Of a stretch of DNA of 59,808 bases, positions 36,812 to 49,544 are shown in pieces; within the stretch, counting starts at the first letter, position 1; the number at the start of each line of letters is the position of its first letter. The stretch covers positions 1 to 59,808 of the forward strand of contig JAAILG010001942.1 in NCBI GenBank assembly GCA_012026655.1. The letters run 5' to 3'. The position numbers were made by a program, and so were the translations under genes. The stretch comes from Hydrolagus affinis (taxonomy: Eukaryota). A model generated the notes under the pieces. It worked only from the letters and a program-made list of their open reading frames with translations, had not been told where the DNA came from and did not search any database.

Positions 36812-37920
36812 AACTACTGGGCATATATTCTTTTGATGTATTTAATGTCCAATTTGCATCCATTTGTTGTGTTTCAGATTTAGTGCTGGACATTTTTGAA
36901 TCATAACATTTTTGTAGCTTCTTGGATTTCTTCTACCACCTCATCTACGATTTACAATATATTTAGTTTGAAAGAATAAAGCCCACTTTTTCCTCAGTTC
37001 TATGCAATTTGTGCAAACAATTTATGCAAACATAAGATTTCCAATGGCCACTGAAGAAGTATTTCTGTCACTTTTCTCCTAAATGGATTGCACTGCAACA
37101 TTTAGTTATAAAGTATAGGAGATCCACAGCCCAGGGAACAATATAGACAGTTGGTGACAGGAGTTTATACGTGTTAATGTACATTGTAGAGTATGTACAT
37201 GTATTTCCATCTGTTTTATGCTTTCATGGTCCTACTGTTGTTTCCTACAGTGAGCGTGAAACAATTGTTACAACTCCCTGTTGTACACATATGTAAAACA
37301 AACTGGCAAACACAAAGCAGAATGCACCTTCTATCTCCTCCCTCCTTTGTCACCAACATATTTTTCTTCACACTAGAGCTGTTTGTCATCAGATACTTAT
37401 AAAAATGCACCTGTCAGCATTCCAGCTCCATTTTCATGCAATCTGCAAGTGCTGATAGATTACGTATATCCAACCTTAAATCCCAGAAAGCATTCCACTG
37501 GCAAAGTTTGGAATTTTTAGAACAGCAGGAAGTACTCAATTTCTATACAAAGAAATTCCTTGAATTTTCCTTGATCCTTATATTTCATATCAAGTGTGCA
37601 TAAACTGTACACAAAACTCCATCTTGTGTGTGTAAAATATTTATACTATTTGTTCTCTGCCTACTGCACAAAGATATGTTTGATTATTGATTACATGGTG
37701 CAGTTCACTCGTGGACAAGTTAAAGGTGCTGCCAACTGCAGTCACCCATTTCTTGTTTTAATAACTGAAACCTGAAAATAGCAGAGATTGTTTGATCCCT
37801 GTTGATTGATGTTGACACAGGTAATAGGAGAGTGTTTCATTAGCCAGTGTTGAGGTACCTTGCATTAATGATAACAAAATTCAAAGAAACTCTTGATCTC
37901 TTTCCACCTGTTTTGTGTTG

Positions 37921-38020
37921 NNNNNNNNNNNNNNNNNNNNNNNNNNNNNNNNNNNNNNNNNNNNNNNNNNNNNNNNNNNNNNNNNNNNNNNNNNNNNNNN
38001 NNNNNNNNNNNNNNNNNNNN
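37921..38020. other. Assembly gap (100 N)
   Basis: Run of N; true length unknown. Confidence 1.
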
Positions 38021-39154
38021 AGTATAAAATCAGCTGTCAACTGATTGCGTTAAAGCTCTTTGTGGACACATTGAGATTCATAAAGCTTCATATAGTTGCT
38101 AGTACTGCAATATTAAGCTGCCAACATTTTCCTATTCCATTGCTGGCATCATTCATGTCACACTAGTGATTCATTTGGGAATACTTCCACCAGTCATTCC
38201 AGGAAAAATGTTTTTGCATCTTGTTTTTTATTCCCATTCCAGAGATCATAAACAACTTCCAGCTGTGTGACTGGAGAGCATTCCTGATAAAACCATTTTA
38301 ATTCCTTCCTTTTATATTATGAAAATATGGCATGCAAATGGTTGATGTTGTATCTCACCTTTTATGTGTGACAACTGCCCTCAGCACCTCCATGTAGAAA
38401 ATAAATGAGGGGAAACATGTGTTTAGATGACCTCCAAAACATTAAAGGAGTCTCAACACCACAAGTCCATCATGACTGAGTATAAGAGAAACTTTTGGTT
38501 TCTCAGTTTATGAAAATCTTGTTTTGCTTTTACTTGTCCTATATTACTTGTCCAGTATTTGAACCTTGTTCCAGAAACTTGTATCAGCTCACTCAGAATC
38601 TTTTTTTTAATGTGATCTTGACTGTCCCACTTTGAAAGCTAGCTTATCTCCACAAGTAGAGCAAGTGTGATATATTCCTTAGTGGTTGAATTACCCAGTT
38701 GTGTTTGGCACTCAGGGCAGTCCCAAGAGCACAGCTGAAGTTTTTGCCCTCAATTGTTTTGGGTTTCATCTGTTTCAGATGATTAAATGGCTAAATTGTG
38801 TTTTGTGTTTAATCTATCTCTGCATGCTTTCTCTCTGGAGAAATGATTTAATTTGTTGCTGTTTACAGAGCCTTGGTTTCCTATATAGACAGAACCTGTG
38901 TTGGTAAACTGTTTTAGGCAGAACGTTTGGTTACAAGATGTTTTGTACATAGGTGAATTTACAGTTAATGTGTAAAAGAATGCACATCATTTTAGGGCAA
39001 TCCCTGCCTCTTCAGGTTGACTATAAGTTTCATCAGCAAATCCTCTAATAGTATAGATAGATTAACTATCATATGTAGCTCCTATTTTCATAGGTAAACC
39101 ATGGCTGCCATTTGCAATAGTCGGTCCCATAAACTGGCTTGAGTTCAATGACAT

Positions 39155-40153
39155 CTGGATTGCTGGCCAGAATATAATCTTCCTTCTCTTTTTAAATAGT
39201 GTCACAGGATTTTTAATTAACCTAAAAACACAAGGCGGATGGTACATTCAAATGACAAAACCTTAAACAATGCATTGCTCCCTCACTTCTGTACCAAAGT
39301 TAGGAACCTAGGTGTCTTGTTTGATTGTTGACTGTACTCTCCCCCACATCCAAGTCATGACCTGCTCTACCTTCCCTCAATTGCAACATTGTTCTACTCC
39401 ACACTATTTCAGCCCTCAGGCCACTGAAACTCTCATTCATGCCTTCATCACATCAAGACTTGACAATGCCAATGCCCTGCTTTTTGGCTACCCCAATTCC
39501 TCCCTCCATAGGCTGCAGATCATCCAGAACTTTGCAGCATGTGACCTCTCCTACATCAGACTCCGCGACCCTATCACCTCCATTCTCTCCTGACTCCCTG
39601 GCTTCCCATCACACAGAGAATTCAACTCAAGATCCTGGTCCTCACCTTCAAAGCCCTCCACTCCCCACTTCTACGACCATCTAACCCCCTATCAACCCCC
39701 TATGATGGGACTGTCAAAGAGGAGGGTCTTAAGGCAGTGTTTGAAGGAGGCTAGCCTGCTCCACGTCCCCCGACCCATGCGCCCCACCATCGGCAGGTGA
39801 GCCTTCAGCCACTCTGCCTCCAACCTTTGGAATTCTATCCCATAATCCCTCCTCCTAGCCCCCTCCCTAGCCTCCTTCAAACACCGCCTTAAGAACCTCC
39901 TCTTCGACAGTCCCATCATTCACCCACCTCTTCCCTCCTCCCTCCTTGATCTCAAACACAGCTCTGGTCCAAAACACTGACTGTCCAGTGCCTTAGGATA
40001 TCCTCCCGAAGTGAAAGGTGCTATACAAATCCAATTTTGTTGTTGTTGTTGAAGTGTCAGGTAAAACTATGAACTCAAGTCCCAACATGTGGGGGTTGAA
40101 CCTATAACCTTGTGACCCAGACGCAAGGGTGTTGCCAGCTTGTAACAAACTGA
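39155..40153 (-). mobile_element. Old DeuSINE split by an L2 insertion (pieces ~39155-39300 and 40051-40153)
   Basis: ctggccag...aaatagtgtcacaggattttt...gctccctcacttctgtacc resumes after the L2 as gaagtgtcag...gggggttgaacctataaccttgtgacccag. Confidence 0.7.
39301..40050 (+). mobile_element. L2 LINE 3' fragment with an internal inverted duplication
   Basis: RNLGVLFD-like start; ORF 39312..39593 ETLIHAFITSRLDNANALL..LHRLQIIQN..ITSIL; (GTT)n tail. Confidence 0.92.
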
Positions 40154-40638
40154 TGCTTAAAATCAATTGAATCCAGGTTTAAGTGACAGCTGACAGCCAG
40201 CTATTCTACCCTTTCTTAAGTATTCAGTGTTATTTATGGTTCAAGGTTTGTCCTCAGTGAAATTGATTTGTTTGCAGTTTTTGAAATGGGGCAGCATAAT
40301 ACTGATTAGATTATTGGTAAAACACTTTAAGGGTTATATTCACCAGCCAGCAGTTCATATTTTCTGGTGATTGCTGATACCTGATCTGCAAAGCTATTGA
40401 AGAATGACCATGTACAGTATATGATGGGTTGTCTGCAGCTCTTGATGTTGAATGTTAAGTTTGCTTTTCTGTTTTCTTTTTATTAAACAATTACTATTCT
40501 AACCAATAGAATTTATTTTATTTTAAACTTGGATTACAGTCTACAGTTGGAGTCTGGTGAACAGACTGTGAGCAACATTAGAGAACTATCTTTATTCTGT
40601 TTATAAATAGCAGCACTGAAAAGGATTTATCTCAAAGT

Positions 40639-41049
40639 GTGTCAGACTGGCTCAGTTGGTAGCACACTGACCTGACACAAGGTTTTGGGTTCAAGCCCAA
40701 TGTTGACCCTTTGAATTTGTATAGTCTTAGCGAGCCTCCACCCCCCCCACCCCCACATTGAGCACTGGAGCTATGCTGCATTGTTGGAGGTTCTGTCCTT
40801 CAGATGGCTTGTTCAGCTGGATGTTAAAAGATCCTATGGTACCATTCAAAAGAGGAGTTTTACTTGATGCCCTGGCTAAAAGTCATTCAAAATTGATCAT
40901 TCACTTCATATTGTTTGTGGACATTGCTGTGCACAAATCTGTTGCTTTGTCCACTTACAAAATAGAATCACTACAGTTTACAGAATATCCTAAGAAGCGT
41001 TTTGAGACAACCTTCCAACATGAAAGGTGCTATACCAAATGTAAGATTT
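40639..41049 (+). mobile_element. DeuSINE (SacSINE1-like), full length, diverged
   Basis: tggctcagttgg A box, gggttcaagccc B box, aaaagatcctatgg, tgtttgtggacattgctgtgcacaaat, L2-like tail. Confidence 0.85.
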
Positions 41050-42714
41050 TCAATTCAACAGCAGACACGATGTGCCAGGTTAATGGCTTGGGAATTCCCG
41101 TTGCAGAAAACTATCCTTATCTGCATTCCTAGCTTACTGCTCATTTCTTCATTTCATTCAAGAAAGTATCAAGATAATTTCTGTTCTCATTTTGAATACT
41201 AGGGTCTGTTTTTGTGAAAGGAGGAAACCTATTTTTCCAGGCAATCACACATTTGTTATCGAGTCATTTATCTTCCTGTCACTCTTGAGTGTTTGCAAAA
41301 TATTAATTCCCTACTCCGCCCACATACACACAGAATTCATTAACTTTGCTGCATTGCCAAATCTACGGCTTCACTAAACTCTATTTGTACATTGTCAATG
41401 ACGAAGCCTAATCTCTACAGCAGTATTACAGTGTGCCGCAGTGTCATTTGCATTATATTTAGTGGACTCATAGAAGCCAAGGGCTAACATTCTAGACGGC
41501 TATTCATTTTATCGAACGATCTACAGGCGCGGATCCATGATGCAAAACAAACATTTTGTCCTATGCAAGTGGTTGCACACCAGCAAAGATCTTTTGGGGG
41601 TTTAAAGAAAAATATTTGTCCTTGAAACAATTGAGCTGGTGCACTATGCAGTCAAAACTTGATTCTGCAGACCTAAACTGATTCCACCAGCAGCTCATCG
41701 AAAGCTACTCAGTAGGCATGCCGCGTCCACAGTTATCTACGTTGACGTCAAATAGACTTAAATAAAATCAATTTGAAAAGGTTCTGGTTGTGCACACCAA
41801 AATTAAACTGATAGACAGTGTTCAAAATCAATCCCTTTTCTATAATTCTTAATTCTTATTTCAGACTCGCTTTTGTGGTCATTCTCAAAAGATCAATTTG
41901 CTTTTGATTTTTGCTTTAGGTGTGCACAATTTGATCGGAGATAGAATGACCTGACTTAATTTATTTGGTGCAGTCTGCACATAGTTAGTAGCTTCATTTA
42001 ACAATTTGAGCAGGGATGACCATTTTCTTTCCACCAAAGACTATAACTGTATTGAAGGTTTCTCATCATATATTTGACTTTAATCTGCTCAGTATTTTTT
42101 CTCAGGGTGGCACAAAGTATGAAATGTCTTTTGGTGGAAGATCCCATGAGATGTTGCATTGCATTATTTAGGTCACATATTAACACCCAGTATAAGTATT
42201 GTCAAACAAATAACTGAAGCAATGGTTCACCATTTACAATATATAACAACTCTATAATGTAAAGCAAGACCACATTTGTTACCCTGGAATGATGAATGTT
42301 TTACACAAAATCTTTTTGAAGGTTTATATCAAACACGAGCAGCATGAATAAATTAGATGCGAAGGAAACAGCATTAGAATTTTTCTTTAAACAAATTCTC
42401 CAATTTAACTTAGATTAAAAACATAGTTGTGGAACCAACATAATAAAATTTTGAAATATGTTTGTGTACTGGATCTTCTCATTTATCTGATTTTGTACTG
42501 TATATTAACTGCACTTTTCTGCCAAAATTTAAGAACCGTCATTAGCTGCTACAGTCTTATGGATCACTCTGAGTAATGTTATCTGTAGGAATGTCAACAG
42601 GACTTGCTGCCCTTGTATCTCTGTTGTTGTCCATCAACACAATATTCTGGTTAATCTAATGAACAATTCACACAATATTTTCTTCTTGTGCTTTCTTGAC
42701 GAGATAATGTAATA

Positions 42715-42930
42715 CAGTAAAAGCCTGTTTATCCGTGACCCGATCAACCGTAACTTCCATATAACCAGCCTATCCAAAAAAAAGTCCGCATTCTATTAAC
42801 CGGAATTTATCCAGAAAAATTCATTTTTAAAAAAAAAATTACTTTTGTGTGTTTTCGGCCGAATATCCGGCACACGCTTTAACCGGCATTGGCCAGGTCC
42901 CGAGGGTGCCGGATAAACGGGCTTTTACTA
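42715..42930. mobile_element. Tc1/mariner (pogo/Tigger-like) MITE, short form
   Basis: TIRs cagtaaaagcctgtttatccg / cggataaacgggcttttacta, flanked by TA (42713-42714, 42931-42932). Confidence 0.9.
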
Positions 42931-43710
42931 TATGTTGAATAAGAGCTTGGATTGCATTGTAAAACCGCAAAGGCCAACAAAGGAGAAGACCCATTGTGCT
43001 GCACTGTTAAATCAGTTACTCAGCACTAAACCCTCAGTGGTGTGAATTATTACAGTAATACAACCATTAGTGGCAATTATAAATCTGGATCATAAATTGG
43101 TTTCAGGACCATTATGTTCATTTGGGTAAAACCCTATAATGCTCTTGTTTAAATTCATGATGGGATTAGTGAGGGTCATTGAATAATGCTGACTCACTTG
43201 TGGTGGTAATACTATCTGGCACCGAGTGGCACACTGTTTGTTCTGAAATTCAGAGCATCACTGCGTTTGCATATTAGCGTTCTGAGATTTTGGAACTAAA
43301 AAGGCCAGGTATGTGCAACCGATTTCACGTTCCCAAACACGCCCAAATCAGCTTACAGGTGTGAACTTACCAGGCCAAAGCAGGCGGGGTTTGGGCATGA
43401 GTTTGTGCCTATGAGCAGTTTTGGGGAGGAAGTTCACAATGAAGAAACGTGGCGTGACACATGCTGATTTCTGGGCTCCTGGTCCAGTCCAGCCATTCTG
43501 CAAATGTCATTGGAGATTGAGCAAGGGAACCAATGCAGTTTGACTGTTCTAATACTCCTTTCATGCTGATGAAACAGAAAATGTGGCATACAATTCGTAG
43601 TTCACCAAGGAAATAGGTTTAACTGGTTTATACAATAATAATAGTTCTGTGTTATGCATGCTGTTTGTGGTAAATTTAATAAAATTGTGTTAAATAATAA
43701 AAATGTTGTT

Positions 43711-44130
43711 TATAAGCCAAATGCACCTACTACAAATTGCATTAAGTATGGTGCTTTTAATGGTGCCTTGAAAAGCATTTCGCACAAGGAGTTAAATTGA
43801 ACTGTAGAAATTGTTGTTATACAGGCAAATGCAGCAGGAATGACTGACATACACCAACGAGATGAATGGCTAATTAATCTTTCTTTGGTGCTTTTGAATG
43901 AGGGAAGAATATTGGCGAAGATATTATTATAATTCCGTGTTCCTCTTTGAAATAGTGCTATGGGATTTTTAATGTTGATTTGAACTGGCAGATAGAACGT
44001 CGGCTTAATGTTTCATCAGAATTGGATCGATATGCAATAGTTCAATTTAACTCCTTGTGCGAAATGCTTTTGAAGTTATCATTAAAAGCACCATACTTAA
44101 TGCAATTTGTATTAGGTGCATTGGTTTATA
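43711..44130. repeat. ~92-bp inverted repeat enclosing a decayed minus-strand DeuSINE body
   Basis: 43711-43803 matches the reverse complement of 44039-44130; the spacer contains gagggaagaatattggc and aaatagtgctatgggatttttaatg. Confidence 0.9.
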
Positions 44131-44924
44131 TTTCACAATGACCCAATACATAAAATATGTTCTGTGCTAGCTTAACATTATATAAAAATTGATTGCAGTG
44201 GATATACACTCTCACTGTATTCATTTTATGGACAAAGATATGATCAATTTGGAATATTCATTTGGTTGATATTGGTTCCAGTGTTTAGAAATTAGCATAA
44301 CCAAGTTTAAGAGTTTAGTGTCTTCATGTGGATTAAGTGATAATATATCTGTAATATCGCATATCCTTTTTTGCTTACCACAGGGATTGTGCAGTTTCAT
44401 AGACACATAAATATGACATGTCATTTACTCATTCAAGGTGCTCAGACTGCTCGTTGTTAGACTATTTCACATCTCAATGTGGAGGTTATACTCACTCTGT
44501 CAATAAGACTCCGAACAGCACTTTCACTGAGGTCCATCTTGCCTCAAAATATCAATAGCCAGTCTTACATATGCTCTGGTTTGCTTTTGTGATTCGCATA
44601 ACTCTAGCCAAGAAATGACATAACTGGAAGTGAAAATGTGAGTGTGTCTTCAGCACACAGTGGGATATTCATTCAGAAAGCATAGAGAACAACTCGCTTC
44701 ATTCTCCCTTTCAGCTATGCTGTCACTGAGCTGGAAGCTCTCCCTATCGGTCTCTAAGAATTTCTATGCTAGTTGGGAGACTCTGCATATTTCCTGCACA
44801 ATCCAGAACCAAGCATAAAAATGCAAATATAGAGTATGGTAATATGTACTGAGCTGAACTAAGATGTTTAAAACCTTCTAATACTTCCATTTAGTCCAGA
44901 AATATAAACTCTACTGCAACTTTT

Positions 44925-45091
44925 GTTCATTCCAAGACTGTTTGTGGGATATTGCTGTGCTCAATGGGCTGCCGCATTTCGCCTACAAAATATACATTCG
45001 ATTCACTTTATAATATATTCTGTGAAGGACTTTTGAGACTCAAAGATATGATAAGGTGCTATACTAAATGCAAGGATTATTGTTATTATTG
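44925..45091 (+). mobile_element. SINE family A 3' half
   Basis: actgtttgtgggatattgctgtgc...gataaggtgctatactaaatgcaaggattatt. Confidence 0.88.
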
Positions 45092-45280
45092 TAAATGCTG
45101 TGAACCTATAGGGCAGTATATCAAATGTGAGAGTTTGTACACAAGAGAGATTGTGAGACAATATAATGCAAATTTACATTTATATAGCAACTTTCATATT
45201 GGGGGCAGTATTGGGATATTGGGGAGGAGTATGAAAATATGAAAACTGGAATATAAAATTGCTGCATATGATGTGAGTCA

Positions 45281-45471
45281 GAAACAAATAAAAAATGCTG
45301 CAATACATGGCAGCTTGAATGACAATAACAACAAAATTACAACAACAACATTACATTTATGTAGCGCCTTTCACGTTGGGAGAACATCTGAGAGTGAAAA
45401 CAAGGTTAATGGTTTGGGCGTGAGCTTTCATTAGAATTGATATGATGCATTTCCAGGATTTCCTATTTTTG
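45281..45471. mobile_element. Decayed Penelope-like terminal repeat with an L2 tail (-) inserted at ~45322-45382
   Basis: aaaaaatgctgcaatac...catctgagagtgaaaacaaggttaa...ctttcattagaa...catttccaggatttcctattttt; insert acaacaacattacatttatgtagcgcctttcacg. Confidence 0.45.
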
Positions 45472-47144
45472 ATCAAAAAGGAATAAAATTAGTTTTGGTC
45501 CACACCCAGGAATTTTGCATCAAAATAACTTGACGGAAAATTAAAGGAAACCATGATGACACAAAACGACTGTGGAAATTTCAACAGTGGTTTTGATACC
45601 CAGAGAGTGTTTGCATTAAGATACTGCTAGCGTCTGTCCAATAAATAAATACAGTATATAAAATTCATTATCATTGTAAAGATGCCTTTGTTATCCAGTC
45701 TCTTCTAGGTTCAGTTTTATTGGTTGATACTAAAATACACAGTCTCTTTTAATGACATTGATGCAACTCGAGGAAAAATGTTTATTCAGATTTGTTTTCA
45801 GTTTGAAGTTAATGGGTTGAGACTATTTTATGCCATTTTAAAAAATTACTTTGGGTGAATTGTTGTGCACCTGGTGTGTGTCTTCAAAGACCTAACATTG
45901 CAAGAGGAATTAAAGAGGGTATGGCCAACAATGAATATGTGCAGATACTGTTTATGGTGTAAATTAAAACTCTCTGAAGTGTGGTTTGACCCAAGATACC
46001 GATTTATTGCTTAGCTTGGCAATGGATCAGGACGGCTGTGGTTTTTCCATTCCCCATTCCAGCAGAAAGTTGGGATGTTTGCGTTTTCATAGTCTGCACA
46101 CTCATAGATGCAATCTGGTAAATTTGAAGAGGAGGAGAAATCCCACTGGTGAAGGTTACAAGGCAGGAGAGTGTTCACAAGACATCTCTAAGGTTCAAAT
46201 GAGGAAGTTCTCGAGCTCTACAAATCCTCCGCCCCCATGTTGCAAAACACTTGGTAATGAAAAGCACATGTAATTGTATAACTGTTTGTCAGAAGTTGCT
46301 TAGTCCAGTTTATGCATGTTTGTTCAATTAAAATAATTATTTCATGTTACATGGCTCTAATTACTACTACATATCAAAGCAAATGAGTTACTTCTGTCTA
46401 ATAATGTGAAATCACCTGCTTTACCAGAGCTTTGCAGGACAATTTTCTTTAAACGGGTTTTTTTTTCTCTCTGGCACAAAGGGACCAAATTTATTAACTT
46501 CCCTGTAAACTTTTAAAAACTCTTTCCGTTGTGAGCTTTGGCTGATCAAAGTGAATGAACATAGTTTGGAAATTGAATTCTTTGACCCATTCAAAGTGCC
46601 CAGCACACTATCAAGCAGTGATCAAGCATGCAAGCACTGTTGGATGTCAAATTTCCTTCATTCAGATATAACAATGTGCTTCAGGGACAACCACAGAAAA
46701 TCACTCCTAACTTTCCATTTCTGACAGCAGTAATTCTGTAGCTTTTCTGAGCAATATTTGAATGCTAAATTAAAAGCAGTTCATTACTAAGAGTCAATAC
46801 GTAATGGGAACTGGGCGAAGCCTGTTCAAATTTATATCTTAAATGACCTGAGTAATTAATAGGGAAGGTGTACTTTAAAAGTAGCAATGCATAAATCTGG
46901 GTTTCTGTGGATCAGATTGGTGTATAATTTATTTAAATTTAAACACTTACTGTCTGAATGCTGATTTGTATTTGGAGTCTTAGACATCATAGAGTACTGC
47001 AGATGAGAATTTAATTATAATAATTTTGCAATAATGCTATCTTGAATTTATTGAAATCATGACTTAGAAATACAAAACAAACAAGAGTGGGAGTGAATGT
47101 GTTGAAGGAGATGGTGCAGCAGATTTATGTACCAGCACGATATA

Positions 47145-47515
47145 CAATAATAGTAACAATAATAATTGATGATAATCATTGTATTTGATATAGCACCTTA
47201 TATTGTTGGAACCTCAAAATGCTTCATAGGATTTTACTGTGCATTTTAGGCAAAAGAGACAGCCAATTTGCACTTAGCCATGTTTTTTTTCTGATAAACA
47301 TTTAAGATCCCATTCCACTGTTTAAAAGAAGAAAGGAATTTTTCCTGGTGTCCTGGCCGACAATCTCCCAAATAAAATTGGTCAATCACTTCATGGGTGT
47401 TTGTGGTATATTGCTGTGCACAAATTAGTGACTATACTTTGCAGTAGAACCACTTTGAGAAACCTCCTGATGTGAAACGTGATGTATCAAATGAAAGGAT
47501 TATTATTATTTATTT
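47145..47515. mobile_element. Divergent pair of old SINE fragments (- at 47145-47282, + DeuSINE at 47301-47515)
   Basis: Minus tail through cagccaatttgcac; plus aagatcccat...ggtgtcctggcc...gaaaggattattatt. Confidence 0.75.
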
Positions 47516-47869
47516 ACTTTTACAACTAGGACAACACTGCACGTGTACAAACATAATCATACAGATGATGAGTTGATGTTCCTCACATGTCTGTTAGCTT
47601 GGCCCCCTTACCTGACTGATCTGCCAGCTAAGTAACCATAACAGAAGCAGGTAAAAGCCCAGGGGCCATGTTGCCTTACATTCAGATGCTGCTCACATCA
47701 ATTAGTACATGGTTGACCCAACCTGCAAATATCTTACATGGATTACGAATCCAATTTGCAAATTAGACTCCAGTATACAGACCTTGATATAAATTGTATG
47801 CTATCTTTTATTTACAATTATTGTACACATTCATTATTTGTGTGCAAAAAGAAAGACTTTGCTCATTTG

Positions 47870-48238
47870 GAGGCGATTCACACTGTGTGGTTAAAACAAA
47901 GAAGAGTGAGGAGGGCACATGGAATTACAAAGGGAAAAATTAAAGAATCGGATTTAAAACAAACTGAAACCACCATTTTGGAAAGGCAACCGGGAAGAGG
48001 AGAAATTCTCATGGAAACAGTGTAAAGATTTATTGGTATTGTGGAGAGGGACAGAACAATAGTCCTGCAGGAAATGGGGGAATCTCACAACAAAATGGAT
48101 AGCACTTGAGATGTGACTGCATTTGGTCAGATGTGCATTGGGTATGTTATTGGTGCTTTAAGCCGGCATTTTGGTTTTCTGTTCAGAGAAAATGGCAGGC
48201 TTTCAAGCCATCCTTTCCAGTTTTCAGGCAATTCAAAG
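47870..48238 (+). other. Weak candidate alternative first exon (start uncertain)
   Basis: Purine-rich unique block ending at donor AAG|GTAATG, with an X-box 33 nt downstream. Confidence 0.25.
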
Positions 48239-48270
48239 GTAATGACACAAGGTTTCATTGCTGTGCGTTG

Positions 48271-48284
48271 GTTACCATGGAAAC
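48271..48284. promoter_or_regulatory. Canonical RFX X-box
   Basis: GTTACCATGGAAAC matches GTTNCCATGGNAAC at all fixed positions. Confidence 0.5.
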
Positions 48285-48799
48285 CGCTCCTTTTGAGCTC
48301 CCATTTTCAGGAGCTGAGAAGGATTCAATTACTATTGCTCGTTCTTGAGAATTCTACTGTAGGTGATTGTTTTTTAAAATTTTATTTGAAGGATCAAAAA
48401 TAATCTTTTGAGGTTGCTTGACCAGTATAAATAAAGGGAGAATTACTGGAATGGACTTCAAAGGACAACATCATGGAGTGGGAACATTCAGAGCTTTCAG
48501 GCATTTATATGTTGGGTTGTTTTTCCCTTCACATTTCAGTCTCTTTTGCTTTCTTTGCATTAATGTGTTCATGTGCATATATCTTATTTTTTTTCAAGTT
48601 TGCCTGTTAAGCAAAATGTTCTGTTACTACACAGTTAAGAATGCTAGCACTAAATTTGGATTCATTTTTATTCTTGAATCTGACCTTATGTATTCTTAAT
48701 GGTTTAAGAAAAAAAAACTTACAAAACAGTGGCATGACTGAGTAAAGCACTCTTAGTATTTGTACTTAATATTTGAGAGAATTAAACATAATAGTAATA

Positions 48800-49542
48800 C
48801 AGTGGAAGCCTGTTTATCAGTGACTCGATGCATCGGCACTTCCGTATAACCGGCACGCAAAAAAAAAGTCCCCATTCGATAAACTGGAACTTATCCGGAA
48901 CAATAGCAGTGGAGCATTTGTAAATGCATAAATAATAACATAATAACATAATATTGTATTGTATTTATTGTTAAAACTACTCTCTTGTGCTTTTTACCTT
49001 TGCTGATAGATGCTGCGCTTGAAGCCATGATGCTGCGGTTGAGGTTTACAGTCCAGCGATTCTTTTTAAAATGGAGCACGCCAAGTGGGTGATAAAAACT
49101 GAGCACATATGACTTTAAAGTCATACTAGCGGCAAGCCAATAACGCTAGCCGATAACCCACATTGTGGTGCAGGTGCAGTATTTCGGTTTGCCGTTAGTA
49201 GAGTCTAGGGCTTCAGCTTGCAGCTAGTAAAGTCGCGCCACTTAAAAATGGCGCTGCCGTTTTTTTCACCTGCTTGGTGTCCTCCATTTAAAAAAAGAAT
49301 TGCTGGACTGTAAACCTCAATCAGTAAAGGTGAGAAGTGCAAGAGAGTAGTTTTAACAATAAGTACCAATATGATATTCTGTTATTATGTGTTATTACTT
49401 AGTCTAGTATGTATGGTGTGTGTTAAAATAACTTAAATTTTTTTGTGGTGGGTTTTCGGCTACGGGCCGCCCGAATATCCGGCAGGCGTTTTAACCGGCA
49501 TTGGCCAGGTCCCGCGGGTGCTGGATAAACAAGCTTCTACTG
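48800..49542. mobile_element. Tc1/mariner (pogo/Tigger-like) MITE, long form with internal palindrome
   Basis: TIRs cagtggaagcctgtttatc / gataaacaagcttctactg; TA TSDs 48798-48799 and 49543-49544; same ends as 42715-42930; internal inverted arms ~48930-49099 and 49259-49400. Confidence 0.9.
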
Positions 49543-49544
49543 TA

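Noticed and set aside
37840-38166. ORFs spanning X residues
   Set aside because: Artefacts of translating through the N gap.
43260-43480. CpG-containing block with an octamer-like tttgcatat, possibly an old DNA transposon or enhancer
   Set aside because: I could not define TIRs, a TSD or a second copy.
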